Positions 10,650 to 24,301 of a stretch of 48,831 bases of DNA are shown one piece after another (position 1 is the stretch's first letter; every line of letters begins with the position of its first letter). The notes under the pieces were generated by a model that was not told the origin of the DNA, searched no databases, and was given only the letters and a program-made list of their open reading frames with translations. The stretch is from Octopus bimaculoides (lineage: Eukaryota). Location of the stretch: contig NC_068984.1 in NCBI RefSeq assembly GCF_001194135.2, forward strand, positions 35,487,094 to 35,535,924, written 5' to 3'. The position numbers and the translations under genes are program-made.

Positions 10650-12690
10650 TCGTGAGAATAATCAAGATGTTACCACCACTTTGTTGAAGCAGAAAAATAA
10701 ATAGAAAACCACCTGGATACACCCAAAATCAAAAGACTGGCATCTCATGTATTTTGATTATATTTTGATCAAAAAACGTGATAAGAAAAGTGATACTAGT
10801 CGTCAGACTGTGAGGGGAGCAGAAAGCTGGATTAACTATTGTCTCGTGCGTGAGGAAATGGAGTTTTTGATTATGCCTAAAAGTCGATAATCTGGTCCTG
10901 AGGTAACCAAAAACATAAATGCTGCAAATTTCAAATTAGCAAGCAACGGGCAAACAATTCTACGATGCTATAGAAAGTGTCACTCTTGATCAAAACAATC
11001 TATGGGGAGATTTCAAAAGAAAAGTTTTTCAGACTGCAAATTCGTCGGTAGGATTTAAATCTCGTATGTCCACTGACTGGTCTTCAGACAAATCATCAGG
11101 AATTAATGGTCAGGTTTAAAAAAAAAATGTATGCAACACACCTCTTTCTCAGTCCTGAATCTCAATTCAAGCGAAGCTTACAGAAAGCTGAAAGGAAAAG
11201 TGCGGACTGTTCTAAAGACAATTAAACAGGAATGATGAATGACAAGGCAAACGGGCAGCAAGAAATAGCGTATAGAAATGATGCCAAAGACTTGTGCTCT
11301 TATGTTAAGGAGGTATAAGGTCCAAAATATTCTTCAATATCTCCAATTGGAACAGCAAATGGATGTATGCTTTTGATTGACACCGCTTCTATACGTAAGT
11401 CATGGGTAGAATATTTCTCTGCAATTTTGAATGGACCACCAGTTGTTGAGATGAATACGATAGAAAAAATCGAACTCTTCCGGTTACAGAGGAAATGGCA
11501 TCTGAACCAACTCTAAATGGCCTTTATTTAGATGTGAATATGCTGAATCACACGTCTGCAGGGTCTGATGGGATCTGTCCAAATGTCTTGAAATATGGGG
11601 GTGATAAAATGTTTGAACTCTTAAATATATTAATGTGTCACTGTTAGAGAACAGAGGAAATGCCTCAAGACTGGACTGATAGCATTTTAGTCTCCTTGTA
11701 TAACTCGGGGCCAAAGGATCAGTGCGGTAATTTTCGTGGGATTTCGCTTTTGTCCGTAGTTGAAAAGGTACCTGCCCGTATTTTGTTAGAACGTTTAAAT
11801 TACACCAGTAAAACATGATTGAAAACTGGACACGGAAATGCATCTACAAATTCAAAGGGCAACCCAAGCAAATGGCGCTTTGGAGTCACATGTTTAGTGC
11901 CGGCTACCTTAAATTGTTACAAATGTTGCAAGAAAAATTCCTTCGCCACATTTTAAACATTGAATAGGACTTTTCTTTTTTACTCCAGACACAGATATCT
12001 TTGAATCTGCAGGCATCAGTTCATTTAAATCAATGATCTTGAAAAATCAAATGAGATGGTCTGGCCACATCGTTCAAATGGCGGATGAACGTAGACACAA
12101 ACAGTTGTTTTATGGCCAACTTGCAGAAGGAAGTGCAATTAGTGTAAACCTAAAGAGATTTAAGGACGGTATAATGACTAACATGAAGTCATTTGGAATG
12201 GATCCAAAGACCATAGAGACCCTTGATTCGGACTGAGCTGGATGGCGAGCAAAAGAGCTTTTGAATAAACCAGAATGAACCAAGCGAAACTGAAAACAAA
12301 TTTAAAGAAGAATACTATAATCAACGAAAAAATTAATCCTAACCAAATTTTGTCTGCACTATTTGTGACACATCATGACTTTCTTTTGCTGAGCTCAAAT
12401 CTCATTTGTGTACCGATAAAAACTAACCTCTACTAAATACTCTACCTATATATCTGTGCATACTTGTCAATGCCATGTAAGAGATAAGATCTACGAATGT
12501 AACGGAGGCCTCAAAAGACATTTTAAAATCCCCAAAGATCAGAACTCAACTGCAGAGCTTGGTGGTCCGAAGCAGATATGCAATTTATGTGGGTGTCTTT
12601 TCAAAAAGCTGCATCAGACACCATGATAGATCTACCATGTAAGTACAAGCGCTGGTCAGACTCTGTATAATGAGTAGGCAATCACCACGT
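10650..12690 (+). mobile_element. RTE-clade LINE, decayed and internally deleted
   Basis: APE end: KTTWIHPKSKDWHL..DYI..VRGAESW. RT start: SAGSDGICPNVLKYGG...MPQDWTDSILVSLY...CGNFRGISLLSVVEKVPARILLERL. C-terminus: QMRWSGHIVQMADERRHKQLFYGQLAEG..KRFKD. Followed by degenerate C2H2 fingers and a (GT)n tail. Most of the RT core is missing. Confidence 0.88.
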
Positions 12691-12779
12691 GTGTGTGTGT
12701 GTGTGTGTTTGTTTGTTTGTATACATACATATACGTGTGTGTGTACATATGTATGCGCACATTCATACATTTATATACA

Positions 12780-12824
<45 letters not shown>

Positions 12825-13009
12825 NNNNNNNNNNNNNNNNNNNNNNNNNNNNNNNNNNNNNNNNNNNNNNNNNNNNNNNNNNNNNNNNNNNNNNNNNNNN
12901 NNNNNNNNNNNNNNNNNNNNNNNNNNNNNNNNNNNNNNNNNNNNNNNNNNNNNNNNNNNNNNNNNNNNNNNNNNNNNNNNNNNNNNNNNNNNNNNNNNNN
13001 NNNNNNNNN

Positions 13010-13056
<47 letters not shown>

Positions 13057-16000
13057 ATTATGCATGTATGTATGTATTTGCGTTTTATCTCATTTCATGT
13101 TCCTTTTAGTAGTGGTTTTGGATAGTGACGCCGTCAAACTTTTATCAGATTAACGTAACGCTTGAGTTCGGTATCGTCTACGAATCTTTTCATGGAGCTC
13201 CGTAAGAATTCTTATTGTCCAATGCGTGGAAGCACTAAAATACTTATATAAAAAATGTATATATTTTATAAGTAAATTTCGTTACTTTCATTTTGATATA
13301 AATTCTAGAACGTTCTAACGGAGCATCAACTCCGAATATGTTGCAGCCGATATTTTGTTAGCTGCTGGATATAAATTTTTATTGAGTAAATATATAGAAT
13401 TAGAAGTAGGTTACTTACATATTTTCCCCTTCCTGTTGACAAACTCAGCAGGAGAGTAGGTTCAGACACGACATAATTATTTAAGCAGTTACTCGTCTCC
13501 AGGGACAATCGCAGCTGTTGTAATTATGTAATCGTTATGAGCTTTTCGGTAAATGAAATACTAGGGAAATAATTGATATACAGAGTTGTCAGTGGGCACT
13601 TACTTTACTATATATTTCACAGAAATACAAACGTCTCTCCCTTTACCGAAAACTTAAGTTATTTCTCTTTCTATAAATTACTATTTCAAGAGATATTCAT
13701 ATCCTTTAGCACGGAACTGCAATGCAATATTAAACTGTTACAATGTGAATAGAAGCCTTTTCATATATTATAACTGACAGAGAAATTAAATGGGAATACA
13801 AAGACAACTATTGTATATAATAACAATCAAATTGTAACTGCATTGAAATTTTAAATGAAACATTCAGTACAAACGATATACCATCAACGCAAAACGAAAA
13901 ACAAAACCCAACTATAAAAAGAAATACAATTTTAGAAATCGCTCAACAACCGTTCAGCATGTCATTATGTTTACAATTCTATTCTAGCTTTTCTATAGAA
14001 ATATATGTGCCTGCACACTTCCTCTTTATGACTTTAAACATATCGTTTCGTAAAGAGGTAGAATATCAGAACTATAGATAGAATCAACAAGTACGTTATA
14101 TTCAATGAGACAGAAGTAAAAACGAATACGACAAAAACAAGATCGATAAAAATATAAACAACAAGATTACTTTTAATAACAAGATAAGCAAAAAAAGGTA
14201 ACATAATAACAACAAATCATCAAGTAGCACACATACGGCAATCAAAAGCAAACAAATATATCCACCTCTTCAATTAACGGGCACTTGTTTTCGATTGAAT
14301 CAACATTGGGAGCGTTGTTTAATTTTGATTAATTGCATTCTGATAACAAAATTATTAGATGTTAAAATACGAAGAGTTTAGTTATAAATTTTAGAATCTG
14401 GCTGAAGGTGATGTTGTTTAAAACAAGTCGATTTCTGAATGTAAAGTGCATCAAATCTAATTTCCTCAATGGAATCTAATTTTATATTTGAATTATCTAC
14501 ACTTTTAATGCTGAACACTACCTGCCATTTTAAAAGAGGGGCTAAAATAGGTTGGTGATGGTCTTGCTAGCGGTATTCAATGTGAACGTATTATTGATAG
14601 AAGAGCGTCTAACGTGATAATATTTTCAAACATGTCATGATTGAGTTAATAGTTTTGAGTGAAAACCATAAACTTTTCAAAGTTTTCAAGAGACGATATA
14701 ATGAGAATTAATTTTAAAAATCTCACAAAAATCATAAAACAAAAACAAAACAAACAAAACCCGAAGATAGAAATCTAAATTATATATTGGTTGAAGATAA
14801 TCGATTGAAAATTATTAAATTTAATTGTCAAATTACAGTTGTTGGAATGGTATTGCTTAACCTACTATACATAGACGCATACATATTGTTTTGAAGGATG
14901 TGAACTAGAATCTACACAAATTTTGTCGACAAGAAGGATTTTTCTAACTGTTACGACCAACAATTTCAGAGAAGAACTTCGTTTGTGTTTTCGGACCTCG
15001 AGGTAGCAATTATATGGCTTTACTCAAATGATTCACTTTTCATTGGGCGCAGTGGTCACATGAGTTAATATACTCAGCATTGTAGTACAGAGAATTCAGG
15101 GATGCGAAAGTATCTTGTCCATTTTTACAGAAGATAATCCCTAACCACCAATATCTTATCATTGTACGTTGTTATACGCTTTACCAACTTGCCATGGCTG
15201 GTCAACGCCGACGGTCTTTTTCGTATAGCTGATCAGGGTTCGAGTTTTTATTGCCAGAACCCACAAAAACCTACTTCTGTAGAACCTTCTGTGAAATTAC
15301 GAAATTAGTCTTCGGAGTGTGATTTACAGAATTTTCAGTCTGATCGGATGAATAACCTCGCCTACATGTATTGGGTACATTCTGTCGCTGCAAACACTCT
15401 CAAATATAACCACACACACGCACACATACACACATACACATACACACGCTCACGCATACGCATACATATTTATAAACCCGTAAGCATGCATCTGTGTGAG
15501 TTTTGAACATTCGTATTTATATATTTTGAAAGTAGCTTTATTATGTTTGAATTTTTTATGTTTATTCTGCTAAGTAAATCTTTCAATTTTACATTTTTGT
15601 TCTTTGAATTATTACTGCCCGTCCGCTCTTCTGTATATATTATACGTGCGAACTATGGATTAAAGAAGCCTCAAATAGGTTAACCCAAGAACAGAGATAA
15701 ATGATCCATGTGATATATAATCTCTGTGTAAACTTGATATATCTAACAGTTATAGAGACCATAAACATATGAGGCATATTTACAGTAATGATAATTTTAA
15801 TGCACTAAATCGCAGAACATAAAGTGAACAACATAGGAAGCATTAGTGACTAACAATTCTGTGCAGTACTTCGTCCCCCCAAAATCACTGGAAATGCTTG
15901 ATAGTTACAATACCAGTAACTCGGTTATAAGCTACAATAAACGCAAACAAGAAAGATCACTTGAGTGGTGGTGTATAAAAACGCAGGTGACGTTTACTCC

Positions 16001-17059
16001 AATCAAATTGGCACTGCTCAGGAATGTAGCTGTCTATTACATCCTTTCAGGAAAATAACACGATGAAGGCCGACAAACATTACTGATAGCATTAGGAAAA
16101 TCGATGTTCCAATACATTGCATTAAACTCATATGAGTATATGAAATAAATATATCGGTAAAACATATCTATAAACCTAGTCCTCTGTTTCATACAAAATA
16201 ATAAATGTAATATAACATACGATGCAATACATATTTACAGTGTGATATATGTATTCCCATACATAGACTCACGCACACACACACACACACACAAATATAT
16301 ATATATATANNNNNNNNNNNNNNNNNNNNNNNNNNNNNNNNNNNNNNNNNNNNNNNNNNNNNNNNNNNNNNNNNNNNNNNNNNNNNNNNNNNNNNNNNNN
16401 NNNNNNNNNNNNNNNNNNNNNNNNNNNNNNNNNNNNNNNNNNNNNNNNNNNNNNNNNNNNNNNNNNNNNNNNNNNNNNNNNNNNNNNNNNNNNNNNNNNN
16501 NNNNNNNNNNNNNNNNNNNNNNNNNNNNNNNNNNNNNNNNNNNNNNNNNNNNNNNNNNNNNNNNNNNNNNNNNNNNNNNNNNNNNNNNNNNNNNNNNNNN
16601 NNNNNNNNNNNNNNNNNNNNNNNNNNNNNNNNNNNNNNNNNNNNNNNNNNNNNNNNNNNNNNNNNNNNNNNNNNNNNNNNNNNNNNNNNNNNNNNNNNNN
16701 NNNNNNNNNNNNNNNNNNNTATATATATATGGGTGTATGTATATATATATATTTAAGAACATACCACCATTAATTATTTTCTTTTCCATACATATATTTA
16801 CATGCATATGTGTGTGTATGTATCAATATGTATGTGCATTATCGGGTGTTAGCATTTCTGTATCAATTTACTGAATATTTCAATATTAATATTGCGTCTA
16901 TTAGCGTCACTTTACGCTATATGAAGTAGAAAGAGTACCCAATCATATTTAAATACTTTATGCAATGAATAAGTCATGAAAAAAAAATTCTTATAACCTA
17001 CGAAACAACTGCGACACTATAGAAAATTGTACTATGAAATATTGTGTATTCAAAGCTAA

Positions 17060-17345
17060 CGAATATTTCGTATATATGTATGTGTATACATGTATGTGTG
17101 TGTACATGTATGTGTATATGTGTATGTCTGTATGCATGTATGTATACGCGTATGTGTGTATATTCTTACATGCATACGCATATACATATATTTATATCCA
17201 TGCACATATGCATATATATATATACACATATATATATATACATATATATATGTACATATTTATACATATATGTGTATGTACGTGTGTGTTTGTGTGTGTG
17301 TGTGTGTGTCTATGCGTGTGTGTATGTGTGTGTGTGTACGTCTAA
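17060..17345. repeat. compound TA/TG/CA low-complexity repeat
   Basis: Read directly from the sequence; source of several spurious ORFs. Confidence 0.95.
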
Positions 17346-17764
17346 ATATATGTTGGATCTCTGCTAACCTTATGTATATTGATAATATGTAAATTCCCAT
17401 CCCCTGACAATTTCCATGCAAGTCATATAAGCTTGTCTGAATAATATCAATATATTTTGTAATTATCTAAAAAATATAATAATAATAAGCTAAACCTTAG
17501 ATGAATGTGATTGATGCGGAGACGGATATTTGTATATAATACAACAAATATCTTGCATTGATACGTATATTCTCCAAAAAGTGATTTCGGTTGCCCGCTC
17601 AATTAATTAGCAATAAACAAAACACAAGATCAAAATAATGTAGAAATTAAAGGAAAAATAAAGGGAAAAAGACCAAAACAAATCAGACAAGATCGAGCAA
17701 AAGGTGTATCCACTCATGTTTGTGTACGTCTGACTATATATGTGTATATATGTGTATACTTTTA

Positions 17765-17975
17765 TTATTTTGTTTCAATCAATTGACTTCGGTCTTACTA
17801 GAACACAGCCTGTAGTCGAACAAATCGACCCCAGGACTTTTTTTTTTGTAAACCTAGTACTTATGCTATCGGTCTTTTTCTCTCCGAACCGCCTGGTTAC
17901 GGGAACGTAAACACACCAACATCGATTGTCAAGCGATATTGTGGGAGAGAAAGACAAATACATACACATATCTAT
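17765..17975 (-). mobile_element. SINE family A, 3' half
   Basis: Homologous to 44757-44960 (GTTTCAATCAATTGACT...AATCGACCCCAGGACTT...CCTAGTACTTAT...GTTACGGGAACGTAAACACACCAACATCGATTGTCAAGCGA). Confidence 0.8.
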
Positions 17976-17989
17976 ATTTATCTATATAT

Positions 17990-18780
17990 ATTTGGAGTGT
18001 TTTGTATATTCCTTGATACCGTTATAATATTTGGAGCGAGAATTTTTTCTCTAAGAATTAAGATTGAGAACATAACCTTTTTTAGAAAGTCGAAAGGCAC
18101 TAAGCTTTGGGAAGAGATTTCACAATATGCGTGTGGCCTTTCCTTTTATAGATGTGCAAGCGCTTTCAGTTTTTAACATTTTCAAGCGCATGTTATTACA
18201 GACAGTGAAACTTGTTTTTGGTAAAAATCTTGTTGACTATTTCCGGTTTAGTTTCGGACTCAGAAATCTTATTAAATATTCTTCTTTTGCCTTCCGGAGA
18301 AGGTCGTTCTCTTCATTTATTTTATGAAGAATGGAAATTGTAAATTTTCCTTGTGCACAGGAGTCCAAATGATTGCTAAGTGGTAGGCATCTAAGTGCGG
18401 GATGTTTTATTTGATATCTGTGCACAGTCTACATATTGGTGCGTGTACGTGTTTTTTTAATAGAGGTCAATTGTTATAATCTCATTCTCAATAATTATTA
18501 AGATATCTAGGAAGGGGACTTCCCTTTAATTCATTTCCATATTGAATTGGATTGATCCATGGATGCTGTTTATTATTTCAAAAACATTTTAAAGTTTTTT
18601 TTTACTTCTGTCCCAGAATATAAAGCAATCATCCAAGTATCTTTTCCAGTTTCCCACTAGGTATGGATGGAGGTTTTATCCAAAAGAAGTCTGTGATAAG
18701 CAGTAGATATTTTTCTTCCAAATAGCCCATTACTAGTGTGGCAAGTGTAGGTGTTACCATGGTACCCCTCGCAGTCCCAT
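17990..18780 (-). mobile_element. Penelope-like element, inverted partial copy (RT motifs, internal deletion, GIY-YIG end and 3' UTR)
   Basis: GTARGTMVTPTLATLVMGYLEEK; KRYLDDCFIFW (YLDD at 18628-18639); PFLDILII; then jumps to QIKHPALR...KAKEEYLIRFLSPKLNRK* and a 3' UTR homologous to 19757-19970. Confidence 0.9.
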
Positions 18781-18789
18781 GTATTTGTA

Positions 18790-19975
18790 GGTAGTATTGG
18801 TTATGAATGAATGGGAACTCCCCTTCCTAGATATCTTTATAATTAAAGAGAATAAGATTATAACAACTGACCTCTATTACAAAAACACGGACACACACCG
18901 ATATTTAGACTTCAGATCTTGTCATCTTTCCTACACAAAAAGGAACATACCATCTAATATGGCAAGACGAATATGTACAGTAGTTTCGGAGACAAACAGA
19001 AGAGAAAGACGACTTGCAGAGCTTATCTTCTTCCTTAAAATACAAAATACCACACCAAACTAATAGACCAAGCGATAACTGAAGCTAAAAATATCCCAAT
19101 CTCTACACTAAGAAGAAAAAACACTCACACTGAGGATAAACGGAAAAATGAACATAAAAACATTTCATTTGTTATCACTCGCAATCCCAGGAACCACAAT
19201 ATTCTACAAACAACCAAACGCCTTCTTCCAATTCTACACCAGTGCCCATGTCTGCGACAAATAATCAAGGAACAACAAATAATCAACAGCTGAAGGCAAC
19301 ACTAAATCTTAAGAAGCTTCTAACCAAAGCAAGATTTGTATCAGAGGAAGAAATGATTCAAGTTATCAAATGTGGAGACTCCAGATGTGGGAGATGTGAC
19401 TTATTAGAACAGGGACCACGCCACAAATATTCAAGAATGGAAATGAATTAAAGGTGAATGCAAATATGAACTGTAAAAGCAAAAACCTGATATATTGTAT
19501 CACATGCCAACGATGCAATGAAAATTATACTGGGGAAACAAAAACGAAATTAACCAACCGGTTAAATGAACACAGACATCAAATAAAACATCCCGCACAT
19601 AGACGCATACGATGTAGCGATCACTTGGACACCTGTGCACAAGGAAAATTAATAATTTCCCCTCTTCATAAAATAAATGAAGAGAACGACCTTCTCCAGA
19701 AGGCAAAAGAAGAATATTTCATAAGATTTCTGAGTCCGAAACTAAACCGGAAATAGTCAACAACAATTTTACCGAGAAGAACTGTCACTATATGTAATAA
19801 CATGTGCTTGAAAACGTTAAGAACTGTGAAGCGCTTGCACATCTATAAAAAGAAAAAGTCACACACATTTTGTGAACTATCTTCCCAAAGGTTAGTGCCT
19901 TTCGACTTTCTAAAAGGGTTCTTTCCTCAATCGTAACTCTTTCAGAAAAAATATTCTCTCATTATATATATATAT
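18790..19975 (+). mobile_element. Penelope-like element (Neptune-like), 5'-truncated
   Basis: RT thumb LPFLDIFII...TDLYYKNTDTHRYLDFRSCH...IPSNMARRICTVVS; Cys linker KCGDSRCGRC; GIY-YIG domain; 3' UTR ending in TA-rich sequence. Confidence 0.92.
19454..19756 (+). pseudogene. GIY-YIG endonuclease domain of the Penelope element
   Basis: NLIYCITCQRCNENYTGETKTKLTNRLNEH...KEEYFIRFLSPKLN. The frame is open but disconnected from the RT by frameshifts and stops. Confidence 0.88.
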
Positions 19976-20109
19976 TGAACATATCCTTTAATTTTTTTAT
20001 GTACAATTTGTGTTTTTTTTTAATGTTTTTTTTTTTATTATTCATTCACCCATCATGGTGGAATCTTCCATTAGGCATGTTTTACTTTTTTATCGCTACA
20101 CACCGGTTC

Positions 20110-20240
20110 TCCAGTCAAACGTAAACCTCGCCCGTGGCTACAACAGAAGACACCTGCCGAATGTGCCACGCAGTGAGACTTAACCCAGAACTATGCGGTT
20201 GAGAAGTATGTTTTTTACCCCATACCCACTCCTGCGTCTA
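20110..20240 (-). mobile_element. SINE family A, 5' head
   Basis: Minus strand GACGCAGGAGTGGGTATGGGGTAA...GTTCTGGGTTAAGTCTCACTGCGTGGCACATTCGGCAGGTGTCTTCTG aligns to 23070-23170. Confidence 0.75.
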
Positions 20241-20512
20241 TGTATATGTATATACAAATATATTAAGTGATTCGGAGACAGATATAGTGATAGTTAAATA
20301 GATATATAAAAAATATCTTGCTGTATAGATAGATGAAATTAAAGATACATGCATCCATGTACACATCAATCTACTAATCTGTCTATCTAACTTAATCTGA
20401 ATATATGAATGAGTTTCTGTAGCTATATCTATAACTATATACTGATACAATCATATACAGAGACACATAATTATATATATATATATATGTGTGTGTGTGT
20501 GCGTGTGTGTGC

Positions 20513-20544
<32 letters not shown>

Positions 20545-22357
20545 ATTCGTTATTAGTTCATAAGTCAGAAAAAGAGCATACTCTATAAAAAATAGAGCAG
20601 TTGTTTATTTTATGTATGCGTAATATAACAAAGTAAGAGAAATACCATTGATTTCATTTCTAGATTGTTAGCGTGATGTAGACATATCATAAGTTCCAGT
20701 TCCTCTAGACAGTACCTGTTCTCTNNNNNNNNNNNNNNNNNNNNNNNNNNNNNNNNNNNNNNNNNNNNNNNNNNNNNNNNNNNNNNNNNNNNNNNNNNNN
20801 NNNNNNNNNNNNNNNNNNNNNNNNNNNNNNNNNNNNNNNNNNNNNNNNNNNNNNNNNNNNNNNNNNNNNNNNNNNNNNNNNNNNNNNNNNNNNNNNNNNN
20901 NNNNNNNNNNNNNNNNNNNNNNNNNNNNNNNNNNNNNNNNNNNNNNNNNNNNNNNNNNNNNNNNNNNNNNNNNNNNNNNNNNNNNNNNNNNNNNNNNNNN
21001 NNNNNNNNNNNNNNNNNNNNNNNNNNNNNNNNNNNNNNNNNNNNNNNNNNNNNNNNNNNNNNNNNNNNNNNNNNNNNNNNNNNNNNNNNNNNNNNNNNNN
21101 NNNNNNNNNNNNNNNNNNNNNNNNNNNNNNNNNNNNNNNNNNNNNNNNNNNNNNNNNNNNNNNNNNNNNNNNNNNNNNNNNNNNNNNNNNNNNNNNNNNN
21201 NNNNNNNNNNNNNNNNNNNNNNNNNNNNNNNNNNNNNNNNNNNNNNNNNNNNNNNNNNNNNNNNNNNNNNNNNNNNNNNNNNNNNNNNNNNNNNNNNNNN
21301 NNNNNNNNNNNNNNNNNNNNNNNNNNNNNNNNNNNNNNNNNNNNNNNNNNNNNNNNNNNNNNNNNNNNNNNNNNNNNNNNNNNNNNNNNNNNNNNNNNNN
21401 NNNNNNNNNNNNNNNNTATATATATATATATATAAATATATATATATATATTTATACTCACAGACTTACATAAGTATTGGCTTGTGTATGCCTGTAGCCA
21501 CAAAGAGAAAGGTGAAGAGAAATGAAGATTAAGAGGCCAGCACATGACAGAATGCTAAAGGTACAATTTCATATATGTTCATATATAAATATGATTATAC
21601 GTACATATTGTATTTATAATCACGGCTTATGTATGCATGAATTATTATATTTAGAAACGAATTTTGCACTAATCATGTAAACCAGGAAAGCATAAATAAG
21701 TAGACATCTATCTTAGGCTTTTTTTTTTTGCAATTTAATAAGTAATGAAAGCATAGGTTACACAACGCTTAATATAAATGTTAAAAACGTTTTAGTATTC
21801 CACAAATATCGTATGAATATTAAACAGACAAAACAGAAGCAAAGATGAGTATCTCCAGACGAAAATGACAAAAGAAATTATATAATGGAAGATATGATAA
21901 CGTTTGCTCGAATGATTTGAATGGATTTATAATCATATCGTCAGTGGAGTTATGCAATATATTATAAACGGAAGCAACAAACTGTCTATAAAACGAACAT
22001 CAATCTTTTGCAAATTTAATGCTAATTCAAGGTATATTAGTATTTGATTATAGGAAAAGAATGAGTCATCAAAGAGAGAATTTGTGTAAGCCAAATGTTT
22101 CTGCTTTCATATGTTTATATATTCAATGCTTCCAATATCTTTCTTCCCTATCACGTATTTTTTATCAATTATGTAATATTGTAGAAAGCGTAGTAAACTC
22201 GTTTTACGCAAAGTATGTCTTAATCAATGATGGTAGAAAAACGTTCTAAAGCAAAATGACGAAAGCAGATTAGGAAATGAGTAATAAATATCATATATCA
22301 TATTTCCCATTGTACATTCATCCACCATAAATAAGCATTTGGATACATTTTATATAT

Positions 22358-22945
22358 CACTAGGATATGTTATACAAGGCAACAAATTTCAACTTTTGTT
22401 TTGTTTCATACACCTAAACTAGTGATTCTTACCAAATTCTGATGCTAACTTAAGATCTGATACCTAAATTTCTCTAACACGTCTAGATTTGTGTAACCGA
22501 AAACCCCTATTGTTTAATTTTTTTCTCACCCGCTTCTATAACAAAAGACGTCTAAGTTACTTTTCTGTGCCACGTGTTATGTTAAGCATGCTGAAATAAT
22601 TAGTGAACATGGATATCTTTCCTCCTTTATTCTGACTTAAGACGGACAGCGAATTCCACGTACGGAGTTACCACACCTACGCACATCCATCCACCTAAAG
22701 TGCTTTAGCATTTTTTTGTTAGTACCGAAAGCAATTTCTTCTTCTTAAGTGAAATTCTGGTGTTTCCTCTTCCTTTGTCGCTTGTACGATGAGGAGATCT
22801 CCTTCTGCAGGAGCCAGCAATAATCTCTAATCATACTTGGATTGAAATTACCTTGGTATCTGTTTTCCATAACTAAGACCTGATGGTGGACGCTCACCAT
22901 GCTCATCACTCACAGCCCCGAGGTTCGTCTGGAGTAACTGGAGAC
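22358..22945 (-). mobile_element. Chapaev-type (CMC superfamily) DNA transposon 3' fragment: transposase C-terminus and probable right end
   Basis: Minus strand 22925-22745 reads NLGAVSDEHGER-[1-nt shift]-HQVLVMENRYQGNFNPSMIRDYCWLLQKE...*, matching the Chapaev3-type motif as I recall it (NLGAVSDEHGERFHQDI..ME.RYQG.W...M..DYCW.L). A candidate CAC-starting terminus lies at 22358 and is less certain. Confidence 0.72.
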
Positions 22946-23069
22946 GACAATGTAAAAAATACATTTTCAAATACATTATGTATTCCATATTTTCATACGA
23001 TTTTCTACGAGTTTAGGGTGTTTTTCAACTTGGCGATTTTCAGGAAAACTTTTCAACAAAAGATGACCA

Positions 23070-23239
23070 GGCGCAGAAGTGGCTGTGTGTTAAGTAGCTT
23101 GCTTACCAACCACATGGTTCCGGGTTCAGTCCCACAGCGTGGCACCATGGGCAAGTGTCTTATACTATAGCCTCGGGCGGACCAAACCCTTGTAAGTGGA
23201 TTTAGCAGACAGAAACTGAAAGAAGTTCGTCGTGTGTTG

Positions 23240-23276
<37 letters not shown>

Positions 23277-23310
23277 TACATATATGTGTATGTGTTTTTG
23301 TGTGTCTCCC
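23070..23310 (+). mobile_element. SINE family A (CORE-like), 5' half plus microsatellite
   Basis: GGCGCAGAAGTGGCTGTGTGTTAAGTAGCTTGCTTACCAACCACATGGTTCCGGGTTCAGTCCC...CCATGGGCAAGTGTCTT. Confidence 0.88.
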
Positions 23311-24160
23311 ACGGCACTGTCAGCTCTACCAATACAACCATTTTCACAGATTTTGAGAAAAGAACATGTCCGGTCACAGTGTGTTTTACACTACTGTCAC
23401 AGGGACTATTCCGCCACCCGAACCGTTACCGTGTATCGCCAGCACTGAATTGCTTGCCACGCTTAGCCAAGATGCGCTCTTTTCTTTGGCAGCCTCTCTC
23501 ATCGTAACCGATGTGCCGGTTGAAATGATATTGATCCTTGGCCGTTGGGAAAAGGTTGCCGATCGACTCCTGTTAATTACATCCCGTATCTGGTTGTCAC
23601 GGTAGATCTTGTAACAACTTCCATCTCGATGACAAAGATCAGTAGCGAAATGACATGCCTACTTCAAGCTTTTGCCACTCCGGCTTAAATTTCCTTGTTG
23701 TAAAGAGCGTCTGGAAGCGTCCAAGATATGCCTTCAGGGCGTTCCGGATTTTCTCCGGGACACGAATGAAACACAAGGCGAACTTGATTAATTTGTGTGG
23801 GACAAATTCTTATGCGTTCGCCAAATCAAGCCAGATTACACCCAAGTAGCTGCTTTTTGCTTCGCCGTGGTTACCGTATCCCAGATCATGTGAGCATGTT
23901 CCAGGCATCCAGAGAAACCTAGCAAACATCCTTCTGCACAAAGGCATCAATTAGCTTGTTCCTCAATACGAAATCTGTCAGTCGTTTCGCCATCACAACA
24001 AAGAAAATCTTGTCATCGACATTTAGCAGCGATATCGGCCTCAACTGATCCAACGTCTTAAAATCTTTCTCCTTGTGGACATAAATGCCTTCTGCAATGC
24101 ACCATTCTGGTGGTACTATCCACTTACACCACAGTACTTGCAACAGTTCCAGTACTTAAA
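23311..24160 (-). mobile_element. HERO-clade RLE non-LTR retrotransposon fragment (RT N-half fused by deletion to the RLE)
   Basis: EWCIAEGIYVHKEKD...RPISLLNVDDKIFFVVMAKRLT...GFSGCLEHAHMIW...DLANA...PHKLIKFAL, then (P)DMVLFSKSVKMVVLVELTVPWE (PD-(D/E)xK-type RLE motif). Confidence 0.85.
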
Positions 24161-24222
24161 CATATAGATATATAAAAATATATCGATCCTTACGTCTTTA
24201 CACACATTCTATATATACATAT

Positions 24223-24301
<79 letters not shown>

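Noticed and set aside
19780-19850. Hammerhead in the 3' UTR of the inverted Penelope
   Set aside because: GAAAACGTTA is suggestive, but no CUGANGA core or stem II can be assigned in either arm.
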